Assembly: GCA_013239625.1 (NCBI GenBank)
Contig: MU053376.1
Span: 334,833-398,832 of the forward strand
Reading direction: 5' to 3'
Source of the DNA: Lama guanicoe
Taxonomy: Eukaryota
DNA length: 64,000 nucleotides
Shown: piece after piece, positions 1 to 11,259 of the stretch
Layout: each line of letters starts with the position of its first letter
Position numbering within the stretch: the stretch's first letter is position 1
Program-made: the position numbers and the translations under genes
Notes under the pieces: generated by a model
What the model was told of the DNA's origin: nothing
Databases searched by the model: none
What the model saw: the letters and a program-made list of their open reading frames with translations, nothing else

Positions 1-1389
1 TACAGTCACGGTGAGATGGACAGACTCAAACTGCCAGCAGCCGAAACACGGAAGATGGCAGCACCAACCCAGCAGAAGCAGCCCTCAGCCTTGGGGTCAG
101 GAGGCTTCGCTTCAAGTCGAAAATACAGGAGGGACAGTAACCATAGCGTTCACCTCCACTAACCGTGACTGTCTCGCGTGATCTTTGCTACAACCTGTTG
201 ACGTTCATAATCCAATCCCTGTTCCACCGACGAGATGCTAAATCCCAGAAGGATGAAACCGCTTGCTCAAGACCACACTAATAGAAAGTCAAGCCAAGAT
301 GTGAGCTCCAGTCTCTCTGCGTCTAGAACTTATGCATTGCGCCCCAGTGCTGCTCTGCTTACTGGCTGCGTGGCCTTGAGCCAGGCACCTCCTCTCTGCT
401 CTCCAACTTCCCTGCCTTTAAAATGGAGGAGCTGGACGCCATGATTCCCGAAGTCCCTCCCACAGTGATCGCAGCCCCGAATCTAAAAGAAAGAAGGCGA
501 GTCAACACCTCGACCCAGTGTGTCCAGCAGGGTCGCTGTGCCCCACAAGTGACCAGGACCCGGTGTGGTGGGGTGAAGGGCTGGAAGGCCAGCGGGGCTG
601 GGAGGGTTGGTGCCAGCACTGTCGTTCACACCCCGCCTCACTGGTCTATGTAGCATCCTGACTGAAGAGGATGATGGCTTGTTCACGTGAAGTTCCCCAG
701 GCCTTCGGACCCTCAGTGTCTGTCTCCACCTCTTCAATTTAGAATGAAATCATCTTTGCCCAGATGTGGCCCCTCTTTCCCACTGAGCCTGGGAGGTCCC
801 TGAAGGCTAGTCATGGAGTGTCCTCCATAGCAGGTGATCACTGCTGGCCAGGTGCTCTTTTCTTTCATGTTCCCCGCAGTGTGAAGAAGCTCCTACTAGT
901 CATGTGGGGCTATTTAAATTTTAACTTAATTTAATTTAAGTAAAAAGTTCAACTCCCAGGTCATACTGATCACATTTCAATCACTCAGCAGCCACACGTG
1001 GCCATTGGCGAATGTGCTGAGCATCACAGAGAGGGTGCTCCCATCATGGCACGAAGTTCTGTGGCACAGCCCGGGGGGCTGGGGCTCCGCCCCGCCCAGG
1101 AGCTCTCAACACAGAGGGGATTTTCTGACTGGGAGCGGAGTGAGATCTTTGTCCTCAAGGGTCAGCCCCAGACACTAATCATAGAGCTGGAAGCTTGAAA
1201 AGACCTCGAGGCAAGCATCAACCCTCCTGCAACCCCCCTCCCCAGACGGTGGTCCAAATGCTCAGCTGAATCCATCCACGGAGAAAGGAAAAAGTCAGAA
1301 GAAAGAAAGTCAGGGCAGGGGGTTCCTACAGCCACCTCAAGCCATGGCCTCCCCCTGGATTGCAAAGGAGGGATAGACAAGACCCTTAC

Positions 1390-1466
1390 CCGGGCTGGAG
1401 GAGTGTCCACTCTGGATGGGTGATTCCGTACCGGGGTGCACCCAGCTGGTCGACTTCTCCTCATCA
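1390..1466 (-). CDS. PLEKHA6: PLEKHA6 long (WW) isoform, coding exon 2: (N)DEEKSTSWVHPGTESPIQSGHSSSP(G)
   Basis: Acceptor TCTTCTGTAG| at 1467-1468 and donor G|GTAAGG at 1388-1389; 77 nt. Joins exon 1 in frame (AA+T = Asn). Completes a WW domain (..STSWVHP) resembling the PLEKHA5/PLEKHA7 N-termini. Confidence 0.88.
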
Positions 1467-1494
1467 CTACAGAAGACCAAAAAGAACACGTCAG

Positions 1495-1642
1495 GGCGAG
1501 GGTATCGCTCAGAGATGGAGCTTTTGCTTAGCATGCACGGGGTCCTGCCTTCAATCCCCAGCACCTCCACTAAGAACACTTTTTAAAAATAAATAAATAA
1601 ATGAATAAACCTAATTACCTCCCACCAAAAGCAACAACAACA
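1495..1642 (+). mobile_element. tRNA-derived SINE (camelid vic-1 type)
   Basis: tRNA-like head (GGGTATCGCTCAG..TTAGCATGCAC..TTCAATCCCCAGCACCTCC) and AATAAATAAA..CCTAATTACCTCCC tail. 16-nt target-site duplication at 1479-1494 and 1643-1658 (14/16 identical). Confidence 0.85.
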
Positions 1643-2139
1643 AAAAAGAACGTGTCAGATGCAAGAGGGGCTTCTGAGCAGGACACCCATCTCCACATTC
1701 ACGTCAATACTGCCTGTCTGATCCCAGACACCTGGCGTGAGGGCACCCCAGCTGCCTTCATTCATTCACACTCACTGAGCATTCACTGAGCAGACTCTGA
1801 GGATTCAGACATGAATAATCTTGGACTCCTGACCTCGAAGAAGTTACTACCCACTAAGGAAACAGACATGCAAAAAGATCTCTGGAATTTGACGTGATAG
1901 GTACTCTAATCCCTACCACAGCCAGGCAGAGGGAGCATGACACCATCAGAGAAGAGAGCTCCCTGGATGAAGTTCGGGGAGGGGGACAGCCAGGAAGGCT
2001 TCACAAAGGAGGTGACACCCGAGGTGACTGATGAAATGGCATGGGAAACACATGGAAGGTCCTTAACTGGCAGCTTCCCAGTGGATAAGAGAGGAGGAGG
2101 CTGGGTGAATCGACAGTCCCTGAGTGTCTACAATGTCAT

Positions 2140-2300
2140 GTACTTTCATTTGCAATGCTCCCTCATGTTAGGAATTTTACAGATTACGAAGCTGAGGTTC
2201 AGAGAGGTTAAGTCATTTGCCCAAAGTCACACAGTCATCAAATGATAAAGCCAGGATTCAGACCTAGATCTGGCCCCCTTAAAATCCAAGCTGTTTCTAA
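2140..2300 (-). mobile_element. MIR SINE fragment
   Basis: MIR core GCTGAGGTTCAGAGAGGTTAAGTCATTTGCCCAAAGTCACACAG. Boundaries approximate. Confidence 0.75.
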
Positions 2301-2569
2301 CATCTCACTCCCAGCAAGGTGGGTGCCCCAACAGTGCAGATCCTCTGAGCTTTAGATGAGAAAGTAGATGAATCCATCGACCTTTCTCATCCCCACGCCA
2401 GCCAAGGACACCAATTCCTGAGCCAGACGTATGTGGAGGAGAGGACTCCCAGACCACCTGCATCACCCAGGCTTTAGGTGGGGCCTTGGGGCCCAAGACA
2501 GGACTCCACCCAAGAATTAATACCTTAATTAATATAATAAACTCCACTAAGAAGGGTGCCACTAAATTT

Positions 2570-3035
2570 TTACTAAGGTAAGATATACAATAAACTGTAC
2601 ATATGTCAAGGGTACAATTTAATGTTTTGACATACGTGTACTCCAGTGAAACGGTCACCAAAATCAAAACATGAACCCCCCAGACCTTCTCTGGGCGCCT
2701 TTGTAATTCCTCCCCGCTGGGGCCAGCTCTGGCCACCCGCCCCGCCCCCCTCACCACCAGCAGCAACTGATCGGTTGCCTGTTACTATAGATTCGTTTGC
2801 ATTTTCGTAGAGTTTCCAGAGTTTCATATACGTGGAATCCTACAAACTAGACTTCTGTGTCTGACTTCTTTCCTTCTTTTCTTTCTTCCATGCATTACTG
2901 AGTGGTCCATCCCGTCACCTGCTGATGGACATTTAGGTTGTTTTTGGTTTGGGCCATTACAAATAAAGCTGCTGTGATCATTCATGTCCAAGTTTTTGGA
3001 CATCTGCTTTCTTTTCTCTTGACACCTCTAATTTT
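2570..3035 (-). mobile_element. Ancient L1 (L1M-type) 3' fragment
   Basis: Typical antisense L1M 3' text (TGATGGACATTTAGGTTG..ATTACAAATAAAGCTGCTGTGA..). Boundaries approximate. Confidence 0.7.
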
Positions 3036-3239
3036 CTTCTGAGTTTGAACACTTGCTGTAGGAAGAGCGTTCCCAGCTGACCCAGCCCTCTGATGCAGAG
3101 AGAAGGAACAAAGTCACTGGGCTGATGGGGAAATTGAGGAACCAGGAGGACTGGTGTCATTGCAAATCCCCCAGCTAGAATCTTCTCTGGGGGTCCCAAT
3201 CAGTTGCCATTTGTGGAGTGTGCTAAGGCTTTCCAACCA

Positions 3240-5020
3240 ACCTCAAGTCCCACATAGGCCTCTCCTCCCCCCCCCCATCTCAACAGATAATCTTATCTCT
3301 TAACTCAAGAGAAACAGAAACCTTTAGGAAGGAGTTTCCGCAGTACCCCCAACCACCTCACCCCCAAAACTTATCCACATTCCCCCTCATCCTATAGTAC
3401 TTGTCTCCACATTGGAGAAAAGGTGGTCTTCTCCATTTAAGGCTAATCCTTCTGCATGGGTCACAGTCCTGATCATCTCCCATCTTTTCTAGAACCTGAT
3501 TCTACTGAGCATTGCAGACGTGCATCTGTAACTTCTCTCTCCCTCTCAGGTCCATCACTTTGGCCCCGGCTCCTGTTCGTGTCTTCCAGGGTGAATCCCC
3601 TGCCTCCCTCTCAGTGCCATCTCCCCTTCCAGCTTCCTGGCTCCTCTTCTTACTGACCAAACATCCCTCTTGGAAACTAGTGCTTTCTAACCATTCTCAC
3701 TGCCTGGCCTCCCATCCACCAGTCCCCTGCAGTCTGGTTTCTGTTCCCAAGGCTCCCCTGAAAACACTTTCTTAAAGGTCATTAAAGACCCCCTAGTTCC
3801 TCAATCCAGTCAACTCTTTCCAGCCTTAAGTTCTTTTGGCTTTTACACAGTTGGCCATTCCTTCCTTCTAAACCTCTCTCTTCCTCGCTATCTGGGGCAG
3901 CACACTGCCCTGGCCGTGGTGCTGCCCACTTCTGCAACCCCTGGGTCTCCTCCATCCCGGCCTGTCTTCCTCTATCCTTTCCCTAAATGTGCTGCTGCTG
4001 GGGGACCCTCCTGTCCTCTCCTGCACACACTCGTGGGTGGTCCCAGCTCTGTATGATGACATCCAGTACTCTCTTTCCAGCCCAGGACTCTTCTCTTCAA
4101 CCTCTGTCCTGTACATCCAGCTGCCTGCGGACCATCACTCCCTGAAGTTCCCGTGGGGACCTCAAAGTCGATCTTTCCCTGTTGAATCTGTACTTTCCCT
4201 AAAATCCTTTCCTCTTCCCTGACTCCTAATTTCTGTCAAACTCAAGTTAACCATTCTGAGATTTATCTTTGGTTCTTCCTTTTCTCCTGGTTCCCCAACA
4301 TTCAGGCAGTAAATAGACACTCTCATTTATACACCTGAAGACTTTCCTCACCTCTCCCTCCCCTTCTCACCTGTTCTCCCAGCTTTAATTCAAGTCCCCA
4401 TCAGCTGGCTCTTGGATTTTGCTCTCCAGACCTCACGTTTCTCCCCTCGCCTCCTCACTCAGCCCTCAAATCATCATCCATGCAGCTGCTGGAGAGATCC
4501 TTCAAAAGCACTGATCTCACTGTGTCACTCCCCTGTTTAAAATCTCCTGTGGCTTCCCACCATCTACGGGTTCAAGTTTAAACCCCTTAGCCTAACACAC
4601 GAGGCCTCCACGAAGCTGCCCCCTTCCCACCTATGTTGCTACTTCTTCTGCAGCACGCTGGCTGCCCCACTCCACCCCTACTGAACCTCTCAGAGTGTTC
4701 TAGATGAGCTGGGTGCCCTCCTTCCGACAGGCCTCTGCTTCAAGGCCCCCTTCACTGGAGCCTCTCTCCCCCAGAATCAGCTCAAATGTGTCCTCCTCCG
4801 GGAGGCCCTCCATCAACTCCTCGGAGAAAGTTAGTTCTTCCTTCCTTCTTTTCCTAGAGCATCATGCAAACACCCTGGGAGTGCATCCTTTTATTCCTTA
4901 AGTCTTTATTTAGCATTTTCTTCCTTCGGGAAAAGCCTGTATCTTACCATTTTTTATCTTAGTGTCCAACCTTGCAGCAAAGTAGTGGATACTCAAGAAA
5001 TATTGTGGAATGAACAATGA
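3240..5020 (+). mobile_element. Degenerate L2 LINE
   Basis: C/T-rich L2-like body ending in CTCAAGAAATATTGTGGAATGAACAATGAA. Boundaries approximate. Confidence 0.6.
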
Positions 5021-5064
5021 AAAGAAGCTGGAAGGCCAGCAAGAGACTGGGAAGAAAGACAAGA

Positions 5065-5270
5065 AAAGCTAACTAACCATTTCATCAGAATCCCCAAGGA
5101 GCTTGTGGAAATCCAGGTTCCAAGGCCCCAGCCCAGGTCTTCCGACATGGATGGAAGCTTTGGAGGCAGGGCTCGGGACGGGAGGCAGCCTTAGTTTACT
5201 AAGTTCTTTGGGTGATTCCTATGGCTCTAAAGTCTCAAACCACTGACCAGAGGGACTCCAGTTTTAACAC
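5065..5270. mobile_element. MER5-like hAT DNA transposon remnant
   Basis: ATCAGAATCCCC..GGTGATTCCTATG..AAACCACTG pattern typical of MER5A. Confidence 0.5.
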
Positions 5271-6380
5271 TGGAGAAAGCTGTGTTATTTAAGAATCTGA
5301 CCTCGGGTCAAGAACTTTAATAGAGTTAATTCCTAAGATAGTGTAATTACAACATCAATTTTGATCACGATGATGATAATTACAGAAGAAAGGCCTACAG
5401 CAAATGCGGAAGCAGCAACACCAAGAAGAAACCACCGGCTGCCTGAGCTCCTCCAGAGGCAGTTTGGCACGCGGCGGGGGTGGGGGGAAGCAGTGCAGCA
5501 AATTCAGTGGGTCCTGGACCGAGTGCGGGCTCTGATTAACAAGTGGTTTTATCTCAGACAAGCACTTTCGATCTCCACATCCCATCTGACACGTAAGGGG
5601 ATTGCATCCAAGCTTCCCCCTCAGCTCTGATTCTGTGAGTGGCTATCTTGAGGAAGGGAAAACCTACCACGTGTGGGTAACAGTTCAGAATGCTGTGCTA
5701 TATTATCGGAAATTTTCTATCCTGGCAAAAGATGACTATCGGAGGAGCAGGCCAAAACAGCACCAGCGGGGCCACTCTGTTATAATGAGATCATGCCAGG
5801 GCCGCTTTGGTTTATGAAATTAATATAACAGTGCTAACATATTACCGAGAGCAGCAAAGCCTCCCTCCCTCTTAAAAATGCCAGATGTGCTGTGGTCAAC
5901 AGCCCCATGAAGAAGCAGGAAGGGAGAGGGGCTGTCTAGGGAACCCTGAGTCCTGGGGTGAGGGAATGCCGGGAATTGGGTGGCAGGGGCAGTCTCCCGG
6001 TGTACTGTCACTTAGCCCAAGCCTTCCGACAGGAAGGGGTGTGTGCGCACAAGAAAAAAGGAACTCATCCCTGGCCCTTTCACTGGCCGAAGCTGTCTTT
6101 CCCAACGGCAGGCTGGGCACTCGGTCTAGCCATCCTCCTCGGGTCCTCATTCTGTCTGTAACCAGGGGAGAGGGGAATGCCCTGCCCTGCCTTTCCAGAT
6201 GCAGGGAATGCCGAGCCTCTGCTGGACTTTGACCCACGGAGGAAAAGGCGGGAGATGCATTCAAACAGATATGGTGATAACCTTATTAGTCACGGCTGCT
6301 GTTCCAGCCACCGCTTCCCCCCACCTCTCCTGCCACCCCCTAGCCCTGCTGCTGCCTTTCAAGTTGGACAACTTTAAAGT

Positions 6381-6384
6381 AAAA

Positions 6385-6415
<31 letters not shown>

Positions 6416-6428
6416 ATGAGAGAGAAAA
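6381..6428. repeat. Poly(A) plus (GA)n microsatellite
   Basis: Directly visible about 20 nt inside PLEKHA6 intron 1; it is pyrimidine-rich on the sense strand. Confidence 0.95.
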
Positions 6429-6448
6429 TGAATCAGAGACCCACATAC

Positions 6449-6531
6449 TTGATGAAGAAGACTCTCCCACCGCGGTCCACCCCGTAGGTCCACCGGCCGG
6501 GTAAGTCCAGCCAGTCAATCTCATCGGCCAT
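6449..6531 (-). CDS. PLEKHA6: PLEKHA6 long (WW) isoform, coding exon 1: MADEIDWLDLPGRWTYGVDRGGRVFFI(N)
   Basis: ATG at 6531 in strong context (GAGATGG), with no upstream ATG until about 7245. Donor AA|GTATGT; 83 nt. LP-x-x-W-x-Y-G..GRVFFIN is the WW1 signature of PLEKHA5/7, and synteny with PPP1R15B points to PLEKHA6. Confidence 0.88.
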
Positions 6532-7310
6532 CTCGGTGTCCCGCGGCCCCTCTCGCTCTCTGCCCACCCGGGCGCTGGGTTGCCGGGAGGGGGCTACCGC
6601 GCACCCCCTCCCTTTCTGCTCCTCCTCTAGGCGGTGATGGGGGAGGGGGTCCGATGCGGTCCAGCCCGGCCCGCGGCGTACCTCCCGGGTCCCTGGCAGG
6701 GACGCTGGCCTCACTGAAGGCAGCTGGCCGCCAGCCGGGCAGCAGGGAGCAGATGACTTAACCCTGGCCGGGCCGAGCCGAGCCCGGCGGCGCGCGCGGC
6801 GGGGCCGGCCCCAGACACCTCCTGCCTCCTGGAGTCTGCGCTCCTCTCCGGACGTGTCCTTAACTTAATGACGGGCAATTAGCGCGTGAGTAATTCTGAC
6901 GCTCCTCTCGCCGGGGCTGCTAACGGCAGCGCCGAGGGCTCGGTCCGCGCTGCGCCCGCTCGGCGGCCGGCCGGGCAGCTGGCGGGGCCGCGCCGGCCGG
7001 GGAGGCGCCCTCCGCGAAGGGAGCAGGTTGCCGTGCGTGCGCGAGGGTGTCACCTCCGCGCTCCCAGCTCAAGCCCGCACTCGAACGGCCGGCCGGGCGA
7101 GCGGAAGGCGGAGCCCAGCGGCCGCTCCGAGGGTAACGCGCAAGCCAGGAGGACTCGCCGCAGCCCGGCGGGTCCCAGGTCCCGGCGCCGGGCGCGGGGA
7201 ACCAGTTTGGCGGAAAGCGCTTTTAATCACGAACCCGAGGGACATGTCCAGCCACTGACCGGAAAAGAGGAAGTGATCAAACTTGGTTCCATTTGGCGGG
7301 AGGTGAGTAG
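6470..7310. promoter_or_regulatory. CpG-island promoter of the long PLEKHA6 isoform (probably bidirectional)
   Basis: Very GC- and CpG-rich. E2F-like TTTGGCGG at 7206 and 7292; ETS-like CCGGAA and AGGAAGTG at about 7259-7275. Confidence 0.8.
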
Positions 7311-9594
7311 AGGAACAAAGGTCAAATGCGGGGTAGGGTGGAACGGGTTGAACAGCAAGGGGCCCTCGCAGTCTCTTCTTGGTAAGATGTCAGCCTGATT
7401 AGTCAAGCCAGTCCTTAGCTTTCTTTCTGAGCACTTCCTCCAAGAAGCCTGCCATGACTAAGTAGAATGAGAGTGAGGCCTTAGAAACACACTCAGAAAC
7501 CAACAGCTTTCAAGTCCCTTCCCCCTAATTTGCACCGGAAAAGCAAAAGGAAAAAGGAAAAAAGAGAGAGAAAGAGGAGGGAATACACGTGTTGTGAGTA
7601 CAGAATACAGGTTGCAAAAATTCAATACTTGCATATCAAAAATGGTAGTGCTGGAGCCCACAGTTCTGCTGTCTCTGGGCTCCAGCCAGCTTTCTCAGCT
7701 TAGGACCTACCTCTGGGGCTCCGACTAGGTGCACACTGTTCTGTCCATGTGTCAGATCCAAGGGATTAATTAGACAATGGGGGTCTCTTGTCTCACCATC
7801 TTTAGAGGAAGCAATGTGTCGTATGGCAGTTGGCAAGTATTTGTTGAGTGAGCATACTTATTGGATGCCTGTTCCACCTAGTTAATTCCTACTCATCCCT
7901 TCAGTGTCCACCCATGTGTCACCTCCTCCAGGAAGCCATTCTTGATTCCACCCCAGGCAGATTTATATATCCATCCTGTATATGCCATGGACCCTTATTA
8001 ATAACCCTATAGCGGAACTTACCTCTGTAATGCAATCCTTGATTGACTTATCTGTCTCCTCCATTGGGTTGTGTGCCCTTCAGGGCAGGGGCTCCATTTT
8101 ATTCATCTTTATAGCCCCAGCACCTACCTGGGGTACCCAACTAATATCTGATGAATGGCTGATACTGTCATAACTAGGAATGGTTCTTAACTCTAACCAC
8201 AGCCTCATACTTTTGGGTGTTATTTAGGGTCCTGATAATTATAACCAGCAACAACATCAGGGTGTGTTTGGGAAGAGCTTTCTGGAAAAAAGAAACAACC
8301 AGTGAGCCTTCGCAGGTACCCCAGATGCTCAGCCTAGAAGGTGTAATAAGTATCTGTCTGATAGATGTGGAGCCAGAAGATGCTACAGAGACCATCTCAT
8401 CCAATCATCTTGTTTTAAATATGGGAAACAGAAGAGCAAAGAAGGGAAGGGAAGGGAAAGGAAGGTCACTGAGCAAGGATCCAGTGTCCAGATCAGAGCT
8501 CTTTCCTTTATATCATTCTACCTCCAACACTGGAAACTCATGCTGCCAACTTATGCTGATTCCTGGTGCCAGGTTTAAGCTGAGTCTATTCTCCAGATGC
8601 AAAGTGAACCAAAACCCCATAATACCTAACCTTTCTCAGATCCTACATAAAGAAAGCTGCATTTGACAATGAAGCAGAGCAGCACCTGCGAAGCGAAGAG
8701 GAGGATCCGCGCCCCTTGTAGTTTCTGAATCAGGGAGTGTGGGAGGCTCAAGGGGTCAGACTCCTTGCCAGTCCCCAGTCCCCAGCCTTGTGATACACCT
8801 GTAAGACTCTTTGATAAAGCACAGAGCCACCTGCCCTTCCCTCTGATACCAGAGGACCCAAACGGCCAGAATTGCTGCCAAGATGCCTCCAGGGAAAATA
8901 CCAGCCACCAGTACACTCCCAGTCCAACCTGAGCAACCAGTAAGGGCGGCTTCTTGGGATGAATGTGGGTGGAAATAGAGGACAAAATGGCGTATTTTTG
9001 AAAACATGCATTACAGTAACCGCTGTCTTCTTTGAGTGGAAGGAGCTCCCGCTGATTTCCTCGCAAGATATTTGTCTTGTTTTATCTCTAATCTAGCCTG
9101 GGGTTCCTTGGAACATTTACCTGGACCAAAAAAAAAAAAAAAAAGCCAGTTGTTGAAATCTTGAATGTTTTTTACTCATTTGAAATAAGAAATTAGGTTT
9201 GAAAATGCTTTTCTAACTGTGGTGTAGTCTTGCCAGTGGCTTTTTACATTCTAGTTCTCATTTATCAATTATGATCAGGATTAATACTGCTAATAAAGAC
9301 ATTTTAGCAAGGAAACTAAAGACAGGGCAGCAAACCCAAATAAAAACAGCTATTGGATCAACAGTTACCAGGAAGAGGGCAGGAGGGTAATATGCTGAAA
9401 TGAAAATTAATGCTTTGCAGTCAAGTCAGAAATATAGTTGTTTGTTATTTCCTATGGGCAAATTTTATCTCTTTTTTTTAAGTGGATAAAATATATCAGT
9501 AATATTTAGAAATACTTCTGACTGTCTCATACATTTTGAGACCTTAGATTAGTCACTTGAATGTTAGTAGGCTTCTGGTTTGGTTCCAGCCATA

Positions 9595-10000
9595 GGCTGA
9601 AAAACAGCCCCATAAAAGCTGTCCACATCAAATCCTTGGAACCCCTGAATGTGACCTTATTTGGATGCAGTTAAGGTAAGGATCTGGAGATGAAGAGATT
9701 ATCCTGGATTATACTGGTTGGACCCAGATTCAATGATGCAAAAGAAAGGCAGGGGGAGATTTGAGACAGACAGAAGAGAAGAAAGAAACGTGACCACAGA
9801 GACAGAGGTTGAAATGATGCTGTCACAAATCAAGGAATGTCGACAGTCACCAGAAGCTGGACGAGGCAAAGAAGGAATTCTCCCCCAGCGCCCTCGATTT
9901 CAGACTTCTGGACTCTAGAACTGTGAGAGAATAAATGTTTACTGTTTTAAGCCACCCAATTTGACATAATTTGTTATAGCAGCCATGGGAAATAATACAG
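9595..10000 (+). mobile_element. MLT1 (ERVL-MaLR) solo LTR
   Basis: GAATGTGACCTTATTTGG..CCAGAAGCTGGA..AGAACTGTGAGAGAATAAATG..TTTAAGCCACCC..TTGTTATAGCAGCC..TAATACA. Confidence 0.8.
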
Positions 10001-10069
10001 TGCCTGTAAGAAAATCATGTTAATGAGGTTGGAAATAAATGTCTATTATTTTTACCTATTCAATATCCA

Positions 10070-10535
10070 GTCTCCCTTGTTCTGTTAATAACCCCCTGTG
10101 TTTCCTTTTGGCATCTACCCTTCTGTCACTGTCAGTCCATATGGGTTGGGTGGGCTGGATCCACCCCACCCCAGATCCATTGGTTCCAGAAAGGACTCAG
10201 GCCAGACCAATGAGATTCAGTTTTGAGGCGATCCCAGAATTCTCAGGAAGAAGCTCTTTTTCTCTTGGATTTGAAGCTGGCAGGTATCATTTTGGTGCTG
10301 CTGGGGTCCTCATATAGGGAGAGCCTGCTGAAAGTGAGGCCAGTATAGGAGAAAGTGAAGCCAGAAGATGAAGAGAGACGAGGTTCTCACATCCCATGAG
10401 CCCTAGGACCCAGCTTGCCAGAAAGCTCTACTCCTGGAATTTCAGCTCACTGTAGGTGCCAATAAACACCTTTATTTGCTTCAGCCAGTGGGAGTTGGGT
10501 TTCTGCCCCCAACAACTGAAAAAGTCCTGATCAGT
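10070..10535 (+). mobile_element. Older MLT1-type LTR remnant
   Basis: CCAATAAACACCTTTATTTGCTTCAGCCAGT..GTTGGGTTTCTG..CAACTGAAA..CCTGA-type 3' end. Confidence 0.55.
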
Positions 10536-11259
10536 ACAAAGGTCACAGTGTCTTGTGTCCCTGTTTCTTTGTTGTAACCAATGTTTCTTTGGTAAAGCCA
10601 ATGCGATAACCACCTGCTTTTCTAGAGACTTGAGAATGTGGAATCTTCTTTTTTAAGAAAGCCACAATTTTATATCAAGAAAAGCTTTTAGTGACCTTCT
10701 AATCAAAGCCCACATTTTTCCCCTAGAGGGTACTGGAGGACTCAGGGAAAGTACCCAGATTTGTAGCAATTCTTCAGGAGAGCTGGGACCACGACTCAGG
10801 TCTCCTACAAACCCTACAGATAGAAAGCTGCATTTCAAGACATTTACTTCCTCATTTAAACATAGTTGGCCAAGAGACTCACATAGTTACAAGAAGACTA
10901 TACCAGATTCCTCTGCTTCATTCAAGAATATCCACAACAGTAATGTTTATTGGGTGCTGGTGTTTAATAGTGATGTTCACCATCAGGCTGGGTCGCCAGC
11001 CACTGTTGATTATTTTATAGGAACCAGGAAGCAAAGGCTAGAAGGCAAAGGCATCTCCGTTGGGACTAGATATACAATTGTGTGACAGCGCAGGAGCCCA
11101 GACAAACTAGTTACCTAATTAAAAGTCGTGACTCCACAAGGGCTTGGGGGAGGCGGGCTTGGTTACGGAAACGGCTGTGCTGGTGCTGGCAACCAAAGGC
11201 GTGCAGAGTCCTGAAGTTTCCCCACGGTCCGCTGAATTGAATTGCATTTGTTCCATAGA

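Noticed and set aside
1..1389. Search for the PLEKHA6 exon encoding the second WW domain
   Set aside because: No phase-1 acceptor followed by LP-x-GWE was found; it is presumably outside the window.
5361..5630. 89-aa + strand ORF in PLEKHA6 intron 1
   Set aside because: No recognisable domain or splice support; the length is within chance expectation.
5958..6161. ORF beginning MREC, like alpha-tubulin
   Set aside because: It starts at GTG and the similarity stops after four residues; no tubulin sequence follows.
6886..7398. 170-aa Arg/Pro/Gly-rich ORF
   Set aside because: Stop-poor artefact of the CpG island, with a non-ATG start.
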